DNA of 64,000 bases, taken from Eledone cirrhosa. Taxonomy: Eukaryota. The stretch lies in assembly GCA_964016885.1 (NCBI GenBank), contig OZ024741.1, positions 216,814,001 to 216,878,000 of the forward strand, given 5' to 3'. Positions within the stretch are counted from its first letter, which is position 1, and each line of letters starts with the position of its first letter. The position numbers and the translations under genes were made by a program. The notes under the pieces are model-generated. The model saw only the letters and a list, made by a program, of their open reading frames with translations, was not told the origin of the DNA and did no database searches. Below, piece by piece: positions 14,270 through 27,440 of the stretch.

Positions 14270-14865
14270 AGACGGCTTATTGTCATTGTTACTGTTCGAG
14301 GTTAGAGGACCTCAGTCTTTCCAAGATCTGAGAACCATCAATGGCCATCAATGTTCCACTTACCGTTTGGCTTGCCAGATGCGTGGTATGTTACACAATG
14401 ACAGCCATTGGCACCTCACCCTGCAAGAAGCAGCAACTGTTAAAGTCCCTTCTCAGCTGCGAAAGCTGCTATTATGATGCACAACTGCGATCTTGCCGAC
14501 CCTCTCGCAATGTGGAACAACCACCGTGAAAGTCTAGCTGAGGACATCCTCCACCGCACACGCAGACACAATCCGAACGTTAACATACGATGTCGTTTTC
14601 AATGAGGCGCTCATTTGTTTTGAAACAGTGTCCTAGAGATTGGTGGTAGGCCTCTAAGTCACTACAGCTTACCTGCTCCTGACAGGAGTGTCCAGAGGTC
14701 AACGTCTACAGAGCTTCTCCGCGAGACGAGCTACGAAATCAGTGATTCTTCCATGGTCAATTGTATGTAGGATGCTCTAGGGTTAGCTCACCAAACAATC
14801 TCTTCATATTTGCTCCGGAGGGCCGAACAAAAAATATTGTATACTCTGAGGCTCTAAGAATGTAA
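14270..14865 (+). pseudogene. Helitron RepHel (PIF1-like helicase) remnants
   Basis: LLLFEVRGPQSFQDLRTINGHQCSTYRLACQMRGML..D..W...L.EAA...PSQLR followed by the C-terminal FHGQLYVGCSRV...TKNIVYSEAL*. Frameshifted, with the central helicase deleted. Confidence 0.85.
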
Positions 14866-15428
14866 TTTAAATATTTTCAGTTAGTTCGAATTTCCATTAT
14901 GGTTGTACAAATTATTGTTTGTTAAAAAATGTGTTCTCTGTTCTGCCTTTATTGTTGTAACTATCAATTTTCTTTAACGTACTGGCTGCTGAACTGGGGA
15001 ATCCTAAAAACTATTCAAACCCAACATCAGAGCACGTTACACCCCCCACCCCCACCCTCGCTGACTTGAGAGGGCGTGCGGTATCTTTGCACTAGAGTGT
15101 AAGGGGGATTCCTGAAAAGATAAAATGCCGGTATACCTAGCCGGGCGGGCCAGCTAGTAATACATAGAAATTGAACGAAGACTGCGTTACACTGTCTTAT
15201 TTAATCAGTAACGTAATCCATGAAACATTAAAAAAGACGATATTATATATAAACTGCATTAGGAGAAAATTAGTGACAGAAAATTAGTATGTTTATTTAA
15301 GCGATGGCCAACCGGAAGTGTTGACATTTCAGAAATTTTAAAGAAGTGAATTTTTAAATAAACAAAATATATTTAATCAACAGCCACGAAATTTAGTAGA
15401 TAAATTATGTAATATTCATTCATTATTT

Positions 15429-15622
15429 GGCAGTGGATTGGCAGTATCGGTAGAGGGTCGGACGCCATGCTTTCCAGCATAGTTACGTCCCTTTACGATC
15501 TGAGTTCAAATCCCGCCGAGGTTAACTTTGCCTTTCATCTTTACGGTGTCGATAAAATAAGTACCAGTAATACACTGATTATATAATTGCTGGCCTTGTG
15601 CCAAAAGTAGAAACAATTATTT
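15429..15622 (+). mobile_element. OK-like SINE
   Basis: Matches the family consensus. Confidence 0.85.
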
Positions 15623-16225
15623 ATTCAAAGTAATCTAATTTATTTTACTAAAGGGATAAAAAAAATTATAAACTATACGCACTCTCGCAATATTTGCCTT
15701 AACCTCTCCTTGCTCGGCTTGCTCCCCTTAAAAATAGGTGTTTGTCCTATACCTTCGCTCTGTCCCAGCTTTGCAAGTTGCCTTCCCCGTTATATTTATT
15801 GTCACTTATCCTTCTAATACCAAGAATAAGTCTGAACAAGTTTTTGATTTAAGAGAAAATTATATGAGATCAAAAATTTGTATCTGAAAAAATGACTTTC
15901 CGAGCCAAAACTTCAAAATTTCACGGTCGATGAGGGTCGCCTTGCCATTGTCTGCTTGAGCTAAGATTTTGCATAGATTGGTTTTCTGTTAATTGGAACA
16001 AGATGGGGCGGGATGGGGTGAGAGCTAAACTTTTAGAAAGTTGAAAAATAAGGGCCACCCTAATGTATACTATATATATTTATGTTTCTATATACTAGTG
16101 TTTATATATACTATATATATGGCATGGACTCGTAACTCCTGAAGGAATAGTAGAGGCGCCGTATTGATATACGGCGTTTCTACGGCTCTTTTAAATCAGG
16201 CAGAGCCTATCTCTTCTCCAGGTCT

Positions 16226-16289
16226 GAATCGGGAGTGAAAGAATGTAAGTGAGAAAGAGGTATAGGAGAAGAATCGGGAGTGAAAGAAT
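16226..16289. repeat. Orphan 1.4 units of the 45-bp satellite, left of the LINE insertion
   Basis: Identical to the unit of the 17258-21431 array. Confidence 0.9.
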
Positions 16290-17257
16290 TGTTTCTTTTA
16301 TTTGCCACTAGGGCATCAAAAGTGGGACAAGTACAAAGGGGGGAGTTTACACAAAAAGGCGTCCTCAATAAGGAGGAGGCAATAACAAAATATAAAAATA
16401 AAATAAGATATAACAAAAAATAAAATTTTTAACAAAATCCTCAATAGAGAGGAGGCGCCTTGGGGGGTCGCACACACCCCCGAAAAAAGTGTGCAACCCT
16501 TTTCCTCAGGAGCACAGAGAGGGGGTGCTCCCTCGTTCCTTCCTCTTTTCCACCTACAGGCTTATGTAAAGAGAAGGCCCATTCACACGGGCCATTCTCG
16601 CCACTTTCACCCACCTTTCATAAAAACGACTGGGGTGCAGCACCTCTCTCTCCATCCTGATCCTTCTTCCGAAATGATATCGGAAGAAACGGACCAGTTG
16701 TTGGCCAGAGAGAAAGGTGCCTGACCTCAGTCCTTTCAGACGCGTCCACCATACAACCTCTTTCGCCATGGCTATTACGCACAGAAACACCGCCTCTGCT
16801 TCATCTTTGAAGGGGGGAGGCGGCTTGATCATTACAATAGATTCGGTGGTCAACCGGATCGGTCCCACCCTTGACAGCAGTTGTTCGACATAGCCCCACA
16901 GATCGGCTACGCCCGAGCAGTGTACCAATGCGTGTGCAACGGTTTCCTCCTCGCACACGCATCTGGGACAGATCTTTTTGGCGGGGTCCCTACCCGGGCG
17001 CCCGTGTCTGTAGAGCCTTTCTCGAACGGGTAAAGCCCCTCGGTAGCACTGCCAGGCCAGGGACTTCTGGAAGTTGTCCATAGGTCCCGGACTGAATGTC
17101 CTACCGAACAGGCCGGCCAGTTCGTCCTCCTCCATGTCTAGGGCTTCTCCGAGGGCGTCGTCGCACCTGCTGCGTACCAGCCCTCTATAGAATGTTGCGG
17201 TGGAGTCTCCACTGATAACCGGATCCGCCTGCCAGAGGGCGGTGAGCGCCTTGAAAC
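16290..17257 (-). mobile_element. 5'-truncated Tx1/L1-clade LINE 3' end (ORF2 C-terminal zinc-binding domain 16554-17257)
   Basis: WQCYRGALPVRERL...CPRCVCEEETVAHALVHC...AKEVVWWTR is a zf-RVT-type CCHC region. T-rich 3' UTR ends in AATAAA; TGAAA[G/C]AAT at both junctions. Confidence 0.85.
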
Positions 17258-20200
17258 AATGTAAGTGAGAAAGAGGTATAGGAGAAGAATCGGGAGTGAA
17301 AGAATGTAAGTGAGAAAGAGGTATAGGAGAAGAATCGGGAGTGAAAGAATGTAAGTGAGAAAGAGGTATAGGAGAAGAATCGGGAGTGAAAGAATGTAAG
17401 TGAGAAAGAGGTATAGGAGAAGAATCGGGAGTGAAAGAATGTAAGTGAGAAAGAGGTATAGGAGAAGAATAGGGAGTGAAAGAATGTAAGTGAGAAAGAG
17501 GTATAGGAGAAGAATCGGGAGTGAAAGAATGTAAGTGAGAAAGAGGTATAGGAGAAGAATCGGGAGTGAAAGAATGTAAGTGAGAAAGAGGTATAGGAGA
17601 AGAATCGGGAGTGAAAGAATGTAAGTGAGAAAGAGGTATAGGAGAAGAATCGGGAGTGAAAGAATGTAAGTGAGAAAGAGGTATAGGAGAAGAATCGGGA
17701 GTGAAAGAATGTAAGTGAGAAAGAGGTATAGGAGAAGAATCGGGAGTGAAAGAATGTAAGTGAGAAAGAGGTATAGGAGAAGAATCGGGAGTGAAAGAAT
17801 GTAAGTGAGAAAGAGGTATAGGAGAAGAATCGGGAGTGAAAGAATGTAAGTGAGAAAGAGGTATAGGAGAAGAATCGGGAGTGAAAGAATGTAAGTGAGA
17901 AAGAGGTATAGGAGAAGAATCGGGAGTGAAAGAATGTAAGTGAGAAAGAGGTATAGGAGAAGAATCGGGAGTGAAAGAATGTAAGTGAGAAAGAGGTATA
18001 GGAGAAGAATCGGGAGTGAAAGAATGTAAGTGAGAAAGAGGTATAGGAGAAGAATCGGGAGTGAAAGAATGTAAGTGAGAAAGAGGTATAGGAGAAGAAT
18101 CGGGAGTGAAAGAATGTAAGTGAGAAAGAGGTATAGGAGAAGAATCGGGAGTGAAAGAATGTAAGTGAGAAAGAGGTATAGGAGAAGAATAGGGAGTGAA
18201 AGAATGTAAGTGAGAAAGAGGTATAGGAGAAGAATCGGGAGTGAAAGAATGTAAGTGAGAAAGAGGTATAGGAGAAGAATCGGGAGTGAAAGAATGTAAG
18301 TGAGAAAGAGGTATAGGAGAAGAATCGGGAGTGAAAGAATGTAAGTGAGAAAGAGGTATAGGAGAAGAATCGGGAGTGAAAGAATGTAAGTGAGAAAGAG
18401 GTATAGGAGAAGAATCGGGAGTGAAAGAATGTAAGTGAGAAAGAGGTATAGGAGAAGAATCGGGAGTGAAAGAATGTAAGTGAGAAAGAGGTATAGGAGA
18501 AGAATCGGGAGTGAAAGAATGTAAGTGAGAAAGAGGTATAGGAGAAGAATCGGGAGTGAAAGAATGTAAGTGAGAAAGAGGTATAGGAGAAGAATCGGGA
18601 GTGAAAGAATGTAAGTGAGAAAGAGGTATAGGAGAAGAATCGGGAGTGAAAGAATGTAAGTGAGAAAGAGGTATAGGAGAAGAATCGGGAGTGAAAGAAT
18701 GTAAGTGAGAAAGAGGTATAGGAGAAGAATCGGGAGTGAAAGAATGTAAGTGAGAAAGAGGTATAGGAGAAGAATCGGGAGTGAAAGAATGTAAGTGAGA
18801 AAGAGGTATAGGAGAAGAATAGGGAGTGAAAGAATGTAAGTGAGAAAGAGGTATAGGAGAAGAATAGGGAGTGAAAGAATGTAAGTGAGAAAGAGGTATA
18901 GGAGAAGAATCGGGAGTGAAAGAATGTAAGTGAGAAAGAGGTATAGGAGAAGAATCGGGAGTGAAAGAATGTAAGTGAGAAAGAGGTATAGGAGAAGAAT
19001 AGGGAGTGAAAGAATGTAAGTGAGAAAGAGGTATAGGAGAAGAATCGGGAGTGAAAGAATGTAAGTGAGAAAGAGGTATAGGAGAAGAATAGGGAGTGAA
19101 AGAATGTAAGTGAGAAAGAGGTATAGGAGAAGAATAGGGAGTGAAAGAATGTAAGTGAGAAAGAGGTATAGGAGAAGAATAGGGAGTGAAAGAATGTAAG
19201 TGAGAAAGAGGTATAGGAGAAGAATCGGGAGTGAAAGAATGTAAGTGAGAAAGAGGTATAGGAGAAGAATCGGGAGTGAAAGAATGTAAGTGAGAAAGAG
19301 GTATAGGAGAAGAATCGGGAGTGAAAGAATGTAAGTGAGAAAGAGGTATAGGAGAAGAATAGGGAGTGAAAGAATGTAAGTGAGAAAGAGGTATAGGAGA
19401 AGAATAGGGAGTGAAAGAATGTAAGTGAGAAAGAGGTATAGGAGAAGAATCGGGAGTGAAAGAATGTAAGTGAGAAAGAGGTATAGGAGAAGAATCGGGA
19501 GTGAAAGAATGTAAGTGAGAAAGAGGTATAGGAGAAGAATAGGGAGTGAAAGAATGTAAGTGAAAAAGAGGTATAGGAGAAGAATCGGGAGTGAAAGAAT
19601 GTAAGTGAGAAGGAGGTATAAGAGAAGAATCGGGAGTGAAAGAATGTAAGTGAGAAAGAGGTATAGGAGAAGAATCGGGAGTGAAAGAATGTAAGTGAGA
19701 AAGAGGTATAGGAGAAGAATAGGGAGTGAAAGAATGTAAGTGAAAAAGAGGTATAGGAGAAGAATAGGGAGTGAAAGAATGTAAGTGAAAAAGAGGTATA
19801 GGAGAAGAATCGGGAGTGAAAGAATGTAAGTGAGAAAGAGGTATAGGAGAAGAATCGGGAGTGAAAGAATGTAAGTGAGAAAGAGGTATAGGAGAAGAAT
19901 CGGGAGTGAAAGAATGTAAGTGAGAAAGAGGTATAGGAGAAGAATAGGGAGTGAAAGAATGTAAGTGAGAAAGAGGTATAGGAGAAGAATAGGGAGTGAA
20001 AGAATGTAAGTGAGAAAGAGGTATAGGAGAAGAATCGGGAGTGAAAGAATGTAAGTGAGAAAGAGGTATAGGAGAAGAATCGGGAGTGAAAGAATGTAAG
20101 TGAGAAAGAGGTATAGGAGAAGAATAGGGAGTGAAAGAATGTAAGTGAGAAAGAGGTATAGGAGAAGAATAGGGAGTGAAAGAATGTAAGTGAGAAAGAG

Positions 20201-21431
20201 GTATAGGAGAAGAATAGGGAGTGAAAGAATGTAAGTGAAAAAGAGGTATAGGAGAAGAATCGGGAGTGAAAGAATGTAAGTGAGAAAGAGGTATAGGAGA
20301 AGAATCGGGAGTGAAAGAATGTAAGTGAAAAAGAGGTATAGGAGAAGAATAGGGAGTGAAAGAATGTAAGTGAGAAAGAGGTATAGGAGAAGAATCGGGA
20401 GTGAAAGAATGTAAGTGAGAAAGAGGTATAGGAGAAGAATCGGGAGTGAAAGAATGTAAGTGAGAAAGAGGTATAGGAGAAGAATCGGGAGTGAAAGAAT
20501 GTAAGTGAGAAAGAGGTATAGGAGAAGAATAGGGAGTGAAAGAATGTAAGTGAGAAAGAGGTATAGGAGAAGAATCGGGAGTGAAAGAATGTAAGTGAGA
20601 AAGAGGTATAGGAGAAGAATAGGGAGTGAAAGAATGTAAGTGAGAAAGAGGTATAGGAGAAGAATAGGGAGTGAAAGAATGTAAGTGAAAAAGAGGTATA
20701 GGAGAAGAATCGGGAGTGAAAGAATGTAAGTGAGAAAGAGGTATAGGAGAAGAATCGGGAGTGAAAGAATGTAAGTGAGAAAGAGGTATAGGAGAAGAAT
20801 AGGGAGTGAAAGAATGTAAGTGAGAAAGAGGTATCGGAGAAGAATCGGGAGTGAAAGAATGTAAGTGAGAAAGAGGTATAGGAGAAGAATAGGGAGTGAA
20901 AGAATGTAAGTGAGAAAGAGGTATAGGAGAAGAATAGGGAGTGAAAGAATGTAAGTGAGAAAGAGGTATAGGAGAAGAATAGGGAGTGAAAGAATGTAAG
21001 TGAGAAAGAGGTATAGGAGAAGAATCGGGAGTGAAAGAATGTAAGTGAGAAAGAGGTATAGGAGAAGAATCGGGAGTGAAAGAATGTAAGTGAGAAAGAG
21101 GTATAGGAGAAGAATCGGGAGTGAAAGAATGTAAGTGAGAAAGAGGTATAGGAGAAGAATAGGGAGTGAAAGAATGTAAGTGAGAAAGAGGTATAGGAGA
21201 AGAATAGGGAGTGAAAGAATGTAAGTGAGAAAGAGGTATAGGAGAAGAATCGGGAGTGAAAGAATGTAAGTGAGAAAGAGGTATAGGAGAAGAATCGGGA
21301 GTGAAAGAATGTAAGTGAGAAAGAGGTATAGGAGAAGAATCGGGAGTGAAAGAATGTAAGTGAGAAAGAGGTATAGGAGAAGAATAGGGAGTGAAAGAAT
21401 GTAAGTGAGAAAGAGGTATAGGAGAAGAATC
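17258..21431. repeat. 45-bp tandem satellite, ~93 units
   Basis: Unit GAATCGGGAGTGAAAGAATGTAAGTGAGAAAGAGGTATAGGAGAA with a C/A variant and a rarer G/A variant; no spacers. Confidence 0.98.
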
Positions 21432-21926
21432 AACCCGGTTCTTTGTTAACGACATCGAATGGATGAAAGGGGGACTTGACCTCGGCGGTGAGTTTTAACA
21501 TCAGAGAGCATTCTATTTGACATTCTAACAACTCTGCCAATTTGCCACCTTATATGTAGTGGTTATATATACTAGTATTTATATATACTATATATATATA
21601 CTTCTGTTTTTAACGAAATTTACGAGGTATAAAAAAATTCGTTGTAACGAAAACTTCTTTATAACGAGATCGACCGAAACAAATAGAGCGTTTGTTTGCT
21701 ATTGCCTTGGGGATTGAGAAAAATGTCATTAACCTGAAAAATTCGTTATAATTCATGTGAGCCTCGGTGAAAAATATATTCATCCAACATGGAGCCCTAC
21801 TCATTTTCGCACACTGTCCGTGAGTGGTTTGATATCTAATTTCCAGGACTTTGGCCGGATCACTGAGGCTCACATGAATGACCAGCAAGAAGCCTTGACT
21901 TAACAGATGCCATTTTTTCCTGTGAA

Positions 21927-22145
21927 TGGCGTTGGATTGGCAGTATCGTTAAAGCGTCGGACACCATGCTTTGCAGCAATAGAGTTTCGGCCCTTCATGC
22001 TCTGAGTTCAAATCCCGCCAAGGTTAATTTTGCCTTTCATCCTTACGGGGTCGATAAAATAAAGTACCAGTAACGTACTGGAGTTGATTTAATCGAATTT
22101 CCCCTCCCCAAAATTACTAGTCTTGTGCCTATACTAGAAATCATT
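21927..22145 (+). mobile_element. OK-like SINE (long form)
   Basis: Matches the family consensus, including the GATTTAATCGA segment. Confidence 0.85.
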
Positions 22146-22640
22146 TTTCCTGTGAGGGTGGGCGTCGGAAGAAGTTTATAAAACAAAACCAAAACCTCTG
22201 ACTCAACTGGAGGAATCCATTCGTCATGTACTGACCAATATACCGCCTGAATTCCTAATGATGTCAGTTGTGGATATACATGGACAATTACAAACACTAG
22301 TGAACAATGCTGGTGCCTATGTAGAATTTTAACAATTATACTGTTCAAAATAAAACATGTTTTATGAAAATCGACCAATAATAAAATATATTTTATATAT
22401 TAATAAAGTTATCAACAATTTTAACCAGGAAATTTTTTTACGTACCCAGTAGAGAGAGGTAGAGTTAGATAGAAGGAGGTAGAAAGACCAATGAATACAC
22501 ACACACACACATCTATATATATATATATAAGTATGTATACCACACGCAAAAAACATGGCCTTCTCGTGTGGCCGGTAGAAATATGTGCAGACATTATATA
22601 TATATATATATATATGCTGCTATATATATATATATATATA

Positions 22641-23013
22641 TAAACGTTTGAATTTGTAAAGCTAAACAATGCAGGTATGGACATAGAATAAAAATGCAAA
22701 TGCAAAGGATATTGTTAACAATTAGTCTTTTACCTTAGATTTATTTAAATGTCCTTAATTTTCGAGATAATATCTCTTCTTCGGAGGGAAGTAAAGCGGT
22801 TAAACCAGTGTTCTAAATAGTTTTCCAAGTCATGCTGACAGGGAATGGTTTAACCGCTTTACTTCCCTCCGAAGAAGAAATATTATCTCGAAAATTAAGG
22901 ACATTTAAATAAATCTAAGGTAAAAGACTAATTGTCAACAATATCTTTTGCATTTGCATTTTTATTCTATGTCCATACCTGCATTGTTTAGCTTTACAAA
23001 TTCAAACGTTTAT
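22641..23013. repeat. Fold-back element, ~167-bp arms with ~36-bp spacer, lying between (TA)n tracts
   Basis: 22641-22807 is the reverse complement of 22846-23013. The arms carry a hammerhead-like CCGAAGA-AGA(G/A)A-TATTA-TCTC-GAAA. Confidence 0.85.
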
Positions 23014-23052
23014 ACCTCATTACACAATGCTTCAAGTGAACTATAACTTCCT

Positions 23053-23119
<67 letters not shown>

Positions 23120-23850
23120 ATGATATTAATAAATGGAAACTATCTTTTTTCTATAAAAAAAAGATAGTTTCCATTTATTAATATCACTAGCAGAAAAACC
23201 ACCCTTTGTGTGGTTTTCTGCTAGCATGTGTAGTGTGTATATTGATATTATACCCAAGTATATATGCATGTAGATATGATCAAATAATATCGTAATTGAC
23301 AATATACACAGAAATTGAACGAAGACTGTGTTACACTGTCTTATGTAATCAGTAACATAATCCATGATACATTAAAAAAAGACGATATTATATATAAACT
23401 GCATTAGGAGAAAATTAGTGAAAGAAATATATGAATATTTATTTAAACGATCGCTAACCGGAAGTGTTGACATTTGAAAATTTTAAAGAAGTGAATCTTT
23501 AAATAAGTAATAAAATATATTTAATGAACAGCCACGAAATTTTGTAGATAAATTATGTAATATTCATTCATTATTTATTCACAGTAATGGATTCAAAGGC
23601 GGTGGATTGGCAGTATTGGTAGAGGGTCGGACGCCGTGCTTTGACGCATAGAATTACGGTCCTTGCCACTCTGAGTTCAAATCCCGCCGAGGTTAACTTT
23701 GCCTTTCATCCTTACGGGGTCGATAAAATAAAGTACCAGTAATGCACTGCGTAATTGCTGGCCTTGTACCAAAAAGTAGAAACAATTATTTATTCAAAGT
23801 AATCCAACTTATTTTACTAAGGGGATAAAAAATTATAAACCGGCCGCAGT
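23120..23850. repeat. Dispersed repeat paralogous to 13435-13621 plus 15158-15680 (Helitron-empty allele), with a SINE at 23599-23790
   Basis: CGTAATTGACAATA|TACACAGAAATTGAACGAAGAC is contiguous here but split by the Helitron at 13.6-15.2 kb. Confidence 0.8.
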
Positions 23851-24227
23851 CCCGCGCTACTTATTTTATTAAAGTTTAGATTGATATTATACTCGGAAGA
23901 AAACTTCGAATCTGTTATAAATAAATTTGTTGAATAACCAACAAATTAAATATCTCTTTGCTTATATATATATATATATATATATGCTTCGTAGAATCGA
24001 GACGTATCCGACGACCGCGCGATTTCAGAGTCAGGTTTGATCACCATATCGATTGTGCCTCGAGCTTGTCGCCCGAGAAACAATTGTAATATCTCCAATA
24101 AATTCCTTTCGTCGCAACACTGATTCTCTTCTTTCTCTGATATCATACTCTGCTCTACGAGGACATTGAGTGCTCATACGGCCTACCGCATACGGACGCT
24201 TTCAGCACCCAACACCAATTATATATG

Positions 24228-24263
<36 letters not shown>

Positions 24264-24311
24264 AAGATTGAAGAATAACATGGTCGGCTGTACATAAAAG
24301 TTTTATTTCTA

Positions 24312-24421
24312 GTATTAACAATTGTTTCATTGATCAGGTGAGTTTAAAGGCCGCTAATCACTCGAAGTTGCGTCACTCGTTTTAAATACAGTGTTTACCT
24401 CTGATCAAATCATCAGAATAC
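24312..24421 (-). ncRNA. Type I hammerhead-like ribozyme with long stem II, inside fold-back 24258-24563; paralog 56321-56424
   Basis: Minus strand: GTATT-CTGATGA-TTTGATCAG...CTGATCAAT-GAAAC-AATT-GTT-AATAC. The cleavage triplet appears mutated here (paralog reads GTC). Confidence 0.65.
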
Positions 24422-25410
24422 CGAGTTAAACATTGTATTTAAGGTCGAGTGACGCAACTTCGAATGATTAGCGGCATTTAGACTCACCTGATGAAACAAT
24501 TGTTAATACTAGAAATAAAACCTTTTTGTACAGCCGACCATGTTATTCTTCAATCTTTCACTATTATTGCTCCAAGTATAACCTGCATAGGAATTCTCGC
24601 GAACTCGCTACCTAACGATGGAAACCTCTTGTTGAGTCAAACAACGCCATACGTTAAAACTATCCACAATACGGAGTACTCACAACCTCTAACTTCAACG
24701 GGACTACAACTGTTTCATTTGTTTAAAATCATACGAACGAGAATTTCAAACGAATGAGACAGTTCTACTTCGTCTCTAGTAACGTATTGAGTACTTTATT
24801 TAATTGTGGGGTTTTCCTATCCCCGACGGAAAACCCTACGTAATTATATATATAAAATATATAAACATATATGTATGATTATATATATATATGTGTACAT
24901 ATGTACGTATGTATAGATGGATGGGTGTATGTAAGTATGTATGTATGCATTTATGTATGTATGTCTGAATGTATGTATGTGCGCATGTATAGATATATGT
25001 ATGTATCTATGTAGGTATGTATGTGCGCATGTACATATATACGTATGTATGTATGTATCTATGTATGTATGTATGTGCGCATGTACATATATACGTATGT
25101 ATAGATGGATAAGTGTATATATATATATATGTGTAGGAAGTGAGTTTTATTGTAGCACAATAAAGCAATGCAAATATCGGATAAGTAGCACTCTACAGTT
25201 TGTAGGACTGGAGTATAAATAATATAAGATCCAAAGATGGTTAAAAGAGTTCCAAGTATTTTATTATGCGCATTTCAAAAACAAATATCATCATGGGATG
25301 ATATCTGCGTTCTCATTAGATAAAATAGGGATACATGATATGAAGCTTAAAAATCACTTGTGAATAGTGAAGTTTTAAATCAGTTGATTTAAAACTTCAC
25401 TATTCATATA

Positions 25411-25511
<101 letters not shown>

Positions 25512-25777
25512 GAATGAGTGTGTGTATGTGTGTATTTCTATCTTGTGTATTAACATGAATCATAATAGAGGGGGATACGGAGACCTATTTTAAATTGTGA
25601 CATAATTACTCTCTATATATATATGGAGGCATATATATATAGAGAGAGAGGGGGGAGAAATGGAGAGCGAGAAAGAGAAAGAAGGAGAGAGAGAAAGAGG
25701 GGGAGAAAGGGTGAGAGATGCAGAAAGAGAGAGAGTGAGAAACACAGACAGACTTACACACATATGTATCAAGATGC

Positions 25778-25808
<31 letters not shown>

Positions 25809-25809
25809 A

Positions 25810-25872
<63 letters not shown>

Positions 25873-25960
25873 CATGTGTGTGTGTGTTTGTGTGTGTGTG
25901 TGTGAGTGTGTATATATATATATACATATACATATATATATACATAATATATACATATAC

Positions 25961-25995
<35 letters not shown>

Positions 25996-26168
25996 AATAT
26001 ATACATTATATATATATATATATATATACATAATATATACATATATATATATATACATAATATATATATATAAATATATACATAATATATATACATAATA
26101 TATACATATATATACATAATATATACATATATATATACATAATATATACATATATACATAATGTATAC

Positions 26169-26199
<31 letters not shown>

Positions 26200-26284
26200 C
26201 ATAATATATATACATAATATATACATATATATATATATACATAATATATACATATATATATATACATAATATATACATATATAC

Positions 26285-26381
<97 letters not shown>

Positions 26382-26512
26382 ATAACATATATATATATAT
26401 ACATAATATATATATATATATACATAATATATACATATATATATATATATATATACATAATATATATATATATACATAATATATACATATATATATATAC
26501 ATAGTATATACA

Positions 26513-26640
26513 TGTGAAGGCGTGTGGCGGAGTGGTTAGAGAATTGGATTCGCAATCGTGAGGTTGAGAGTTCGATTCCTGGACCAGGCGATGCGTTATG
26601 TCCTTGAGCAAGACACTTTATTTTCACGTTGCTCCTTCTA
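26513..26640 (+). mobile_element. Second tRNA-derived SINE family (CORE-like), 3'-truncated; degenerate relatives at ~47325-47410 (-) and ~3310-3390 (-)
   Basis: A box TGGCGGAGTGG, B box GTTCGATTCC, then GTCCTTGAGCAAGACACTT (CORE-like). Confidence 0.65.
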
Positions 26641-26864
26641 CCTGGAGTTGCGACCGATAGATAGTATTAGCAATTTGAAAGACCGACGGAAACATTGTTC
26701 CCTCGGTCCGATTTGACGAAAGTCGATCGTTCCTCTATACATATATATATACATAATATATACATATATATATATACATAATATATACATATATATATAT
26801 ACTTAATATATACATATATATATATATACTTAATATATACATATATATATATATATATACATAA

Positions 26865-26896
<32 letters not shown>

Positions 26897-27082
26897 CATA
26901 ATATATACATATATACGCATAATATATACATATATATATATATACATATATATAGTAATAATAATAAAATTGAAGACTAAAATCCAAAGAGGGCTCGATA
27001 AGGAAAATATATATCAAATATATAAGAACCGTAGAGCAAATATAATCTGTTATTTTAATAAATATACATATACATATATATC

Positions 27083-27124
<42 letters not shown>

Positions 27125-27292
27125 CATATATATATACATATATATATATATATACTATATATACATATATATATACATATATCTATATATATATATATAT
27201 ATATACATATATATATACATAATATATACATATATACATAATATATACATATATATATATATTATATATATATATGTATATATATATATATA

Positions 27293-27323
<31 letters not shown>

Positions 27324-27440
27324 CATATATACATATATATATATAATATATATATATATATATACATATATACATATGTCCCAAGGCTCTCATACCATCA
27401 ACACTATAAACACAGAGCTGGCATATCTAAGAACTGACTA

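Larger units (their letters stand above)
13622..15157 (+). mobile_element. Internally deleted Helitron
   Basis: A|TC 5' end, GC-rich hairpin (GCCGG...CCGGGC) then CTAG|T 3' end, RepHel coding remnants inside. The flanks rejoin in the empty-site paralog at ~23300. Confidence 0.85.

Noticed and set aside
17258-21431. CRISPR array
   Set aside because: Head-to-tail repeats with no unique spacers, no cas genes, and a eukaryotic context.
17138-21433. 1431-aa Leu-rich ORF, and the repeat part of the 1633-aa ORF, as real proteins
   Set aside because: Both are translations of a 45-bp satellite whose pyrimidine strand happens to lack stops; there is no independent evidence of coding.
21605-21900. pogo/Tigger-like MITE
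   Set aside because: TTCGTTATAA-like motifs are suggestive, but no paired TIRs or TSD were found.
26513-26590. tRNA gene
   Set aside because: A and B boxes are present, but there is no clean acceptor stem and it continues into a CORE-like SINE body.
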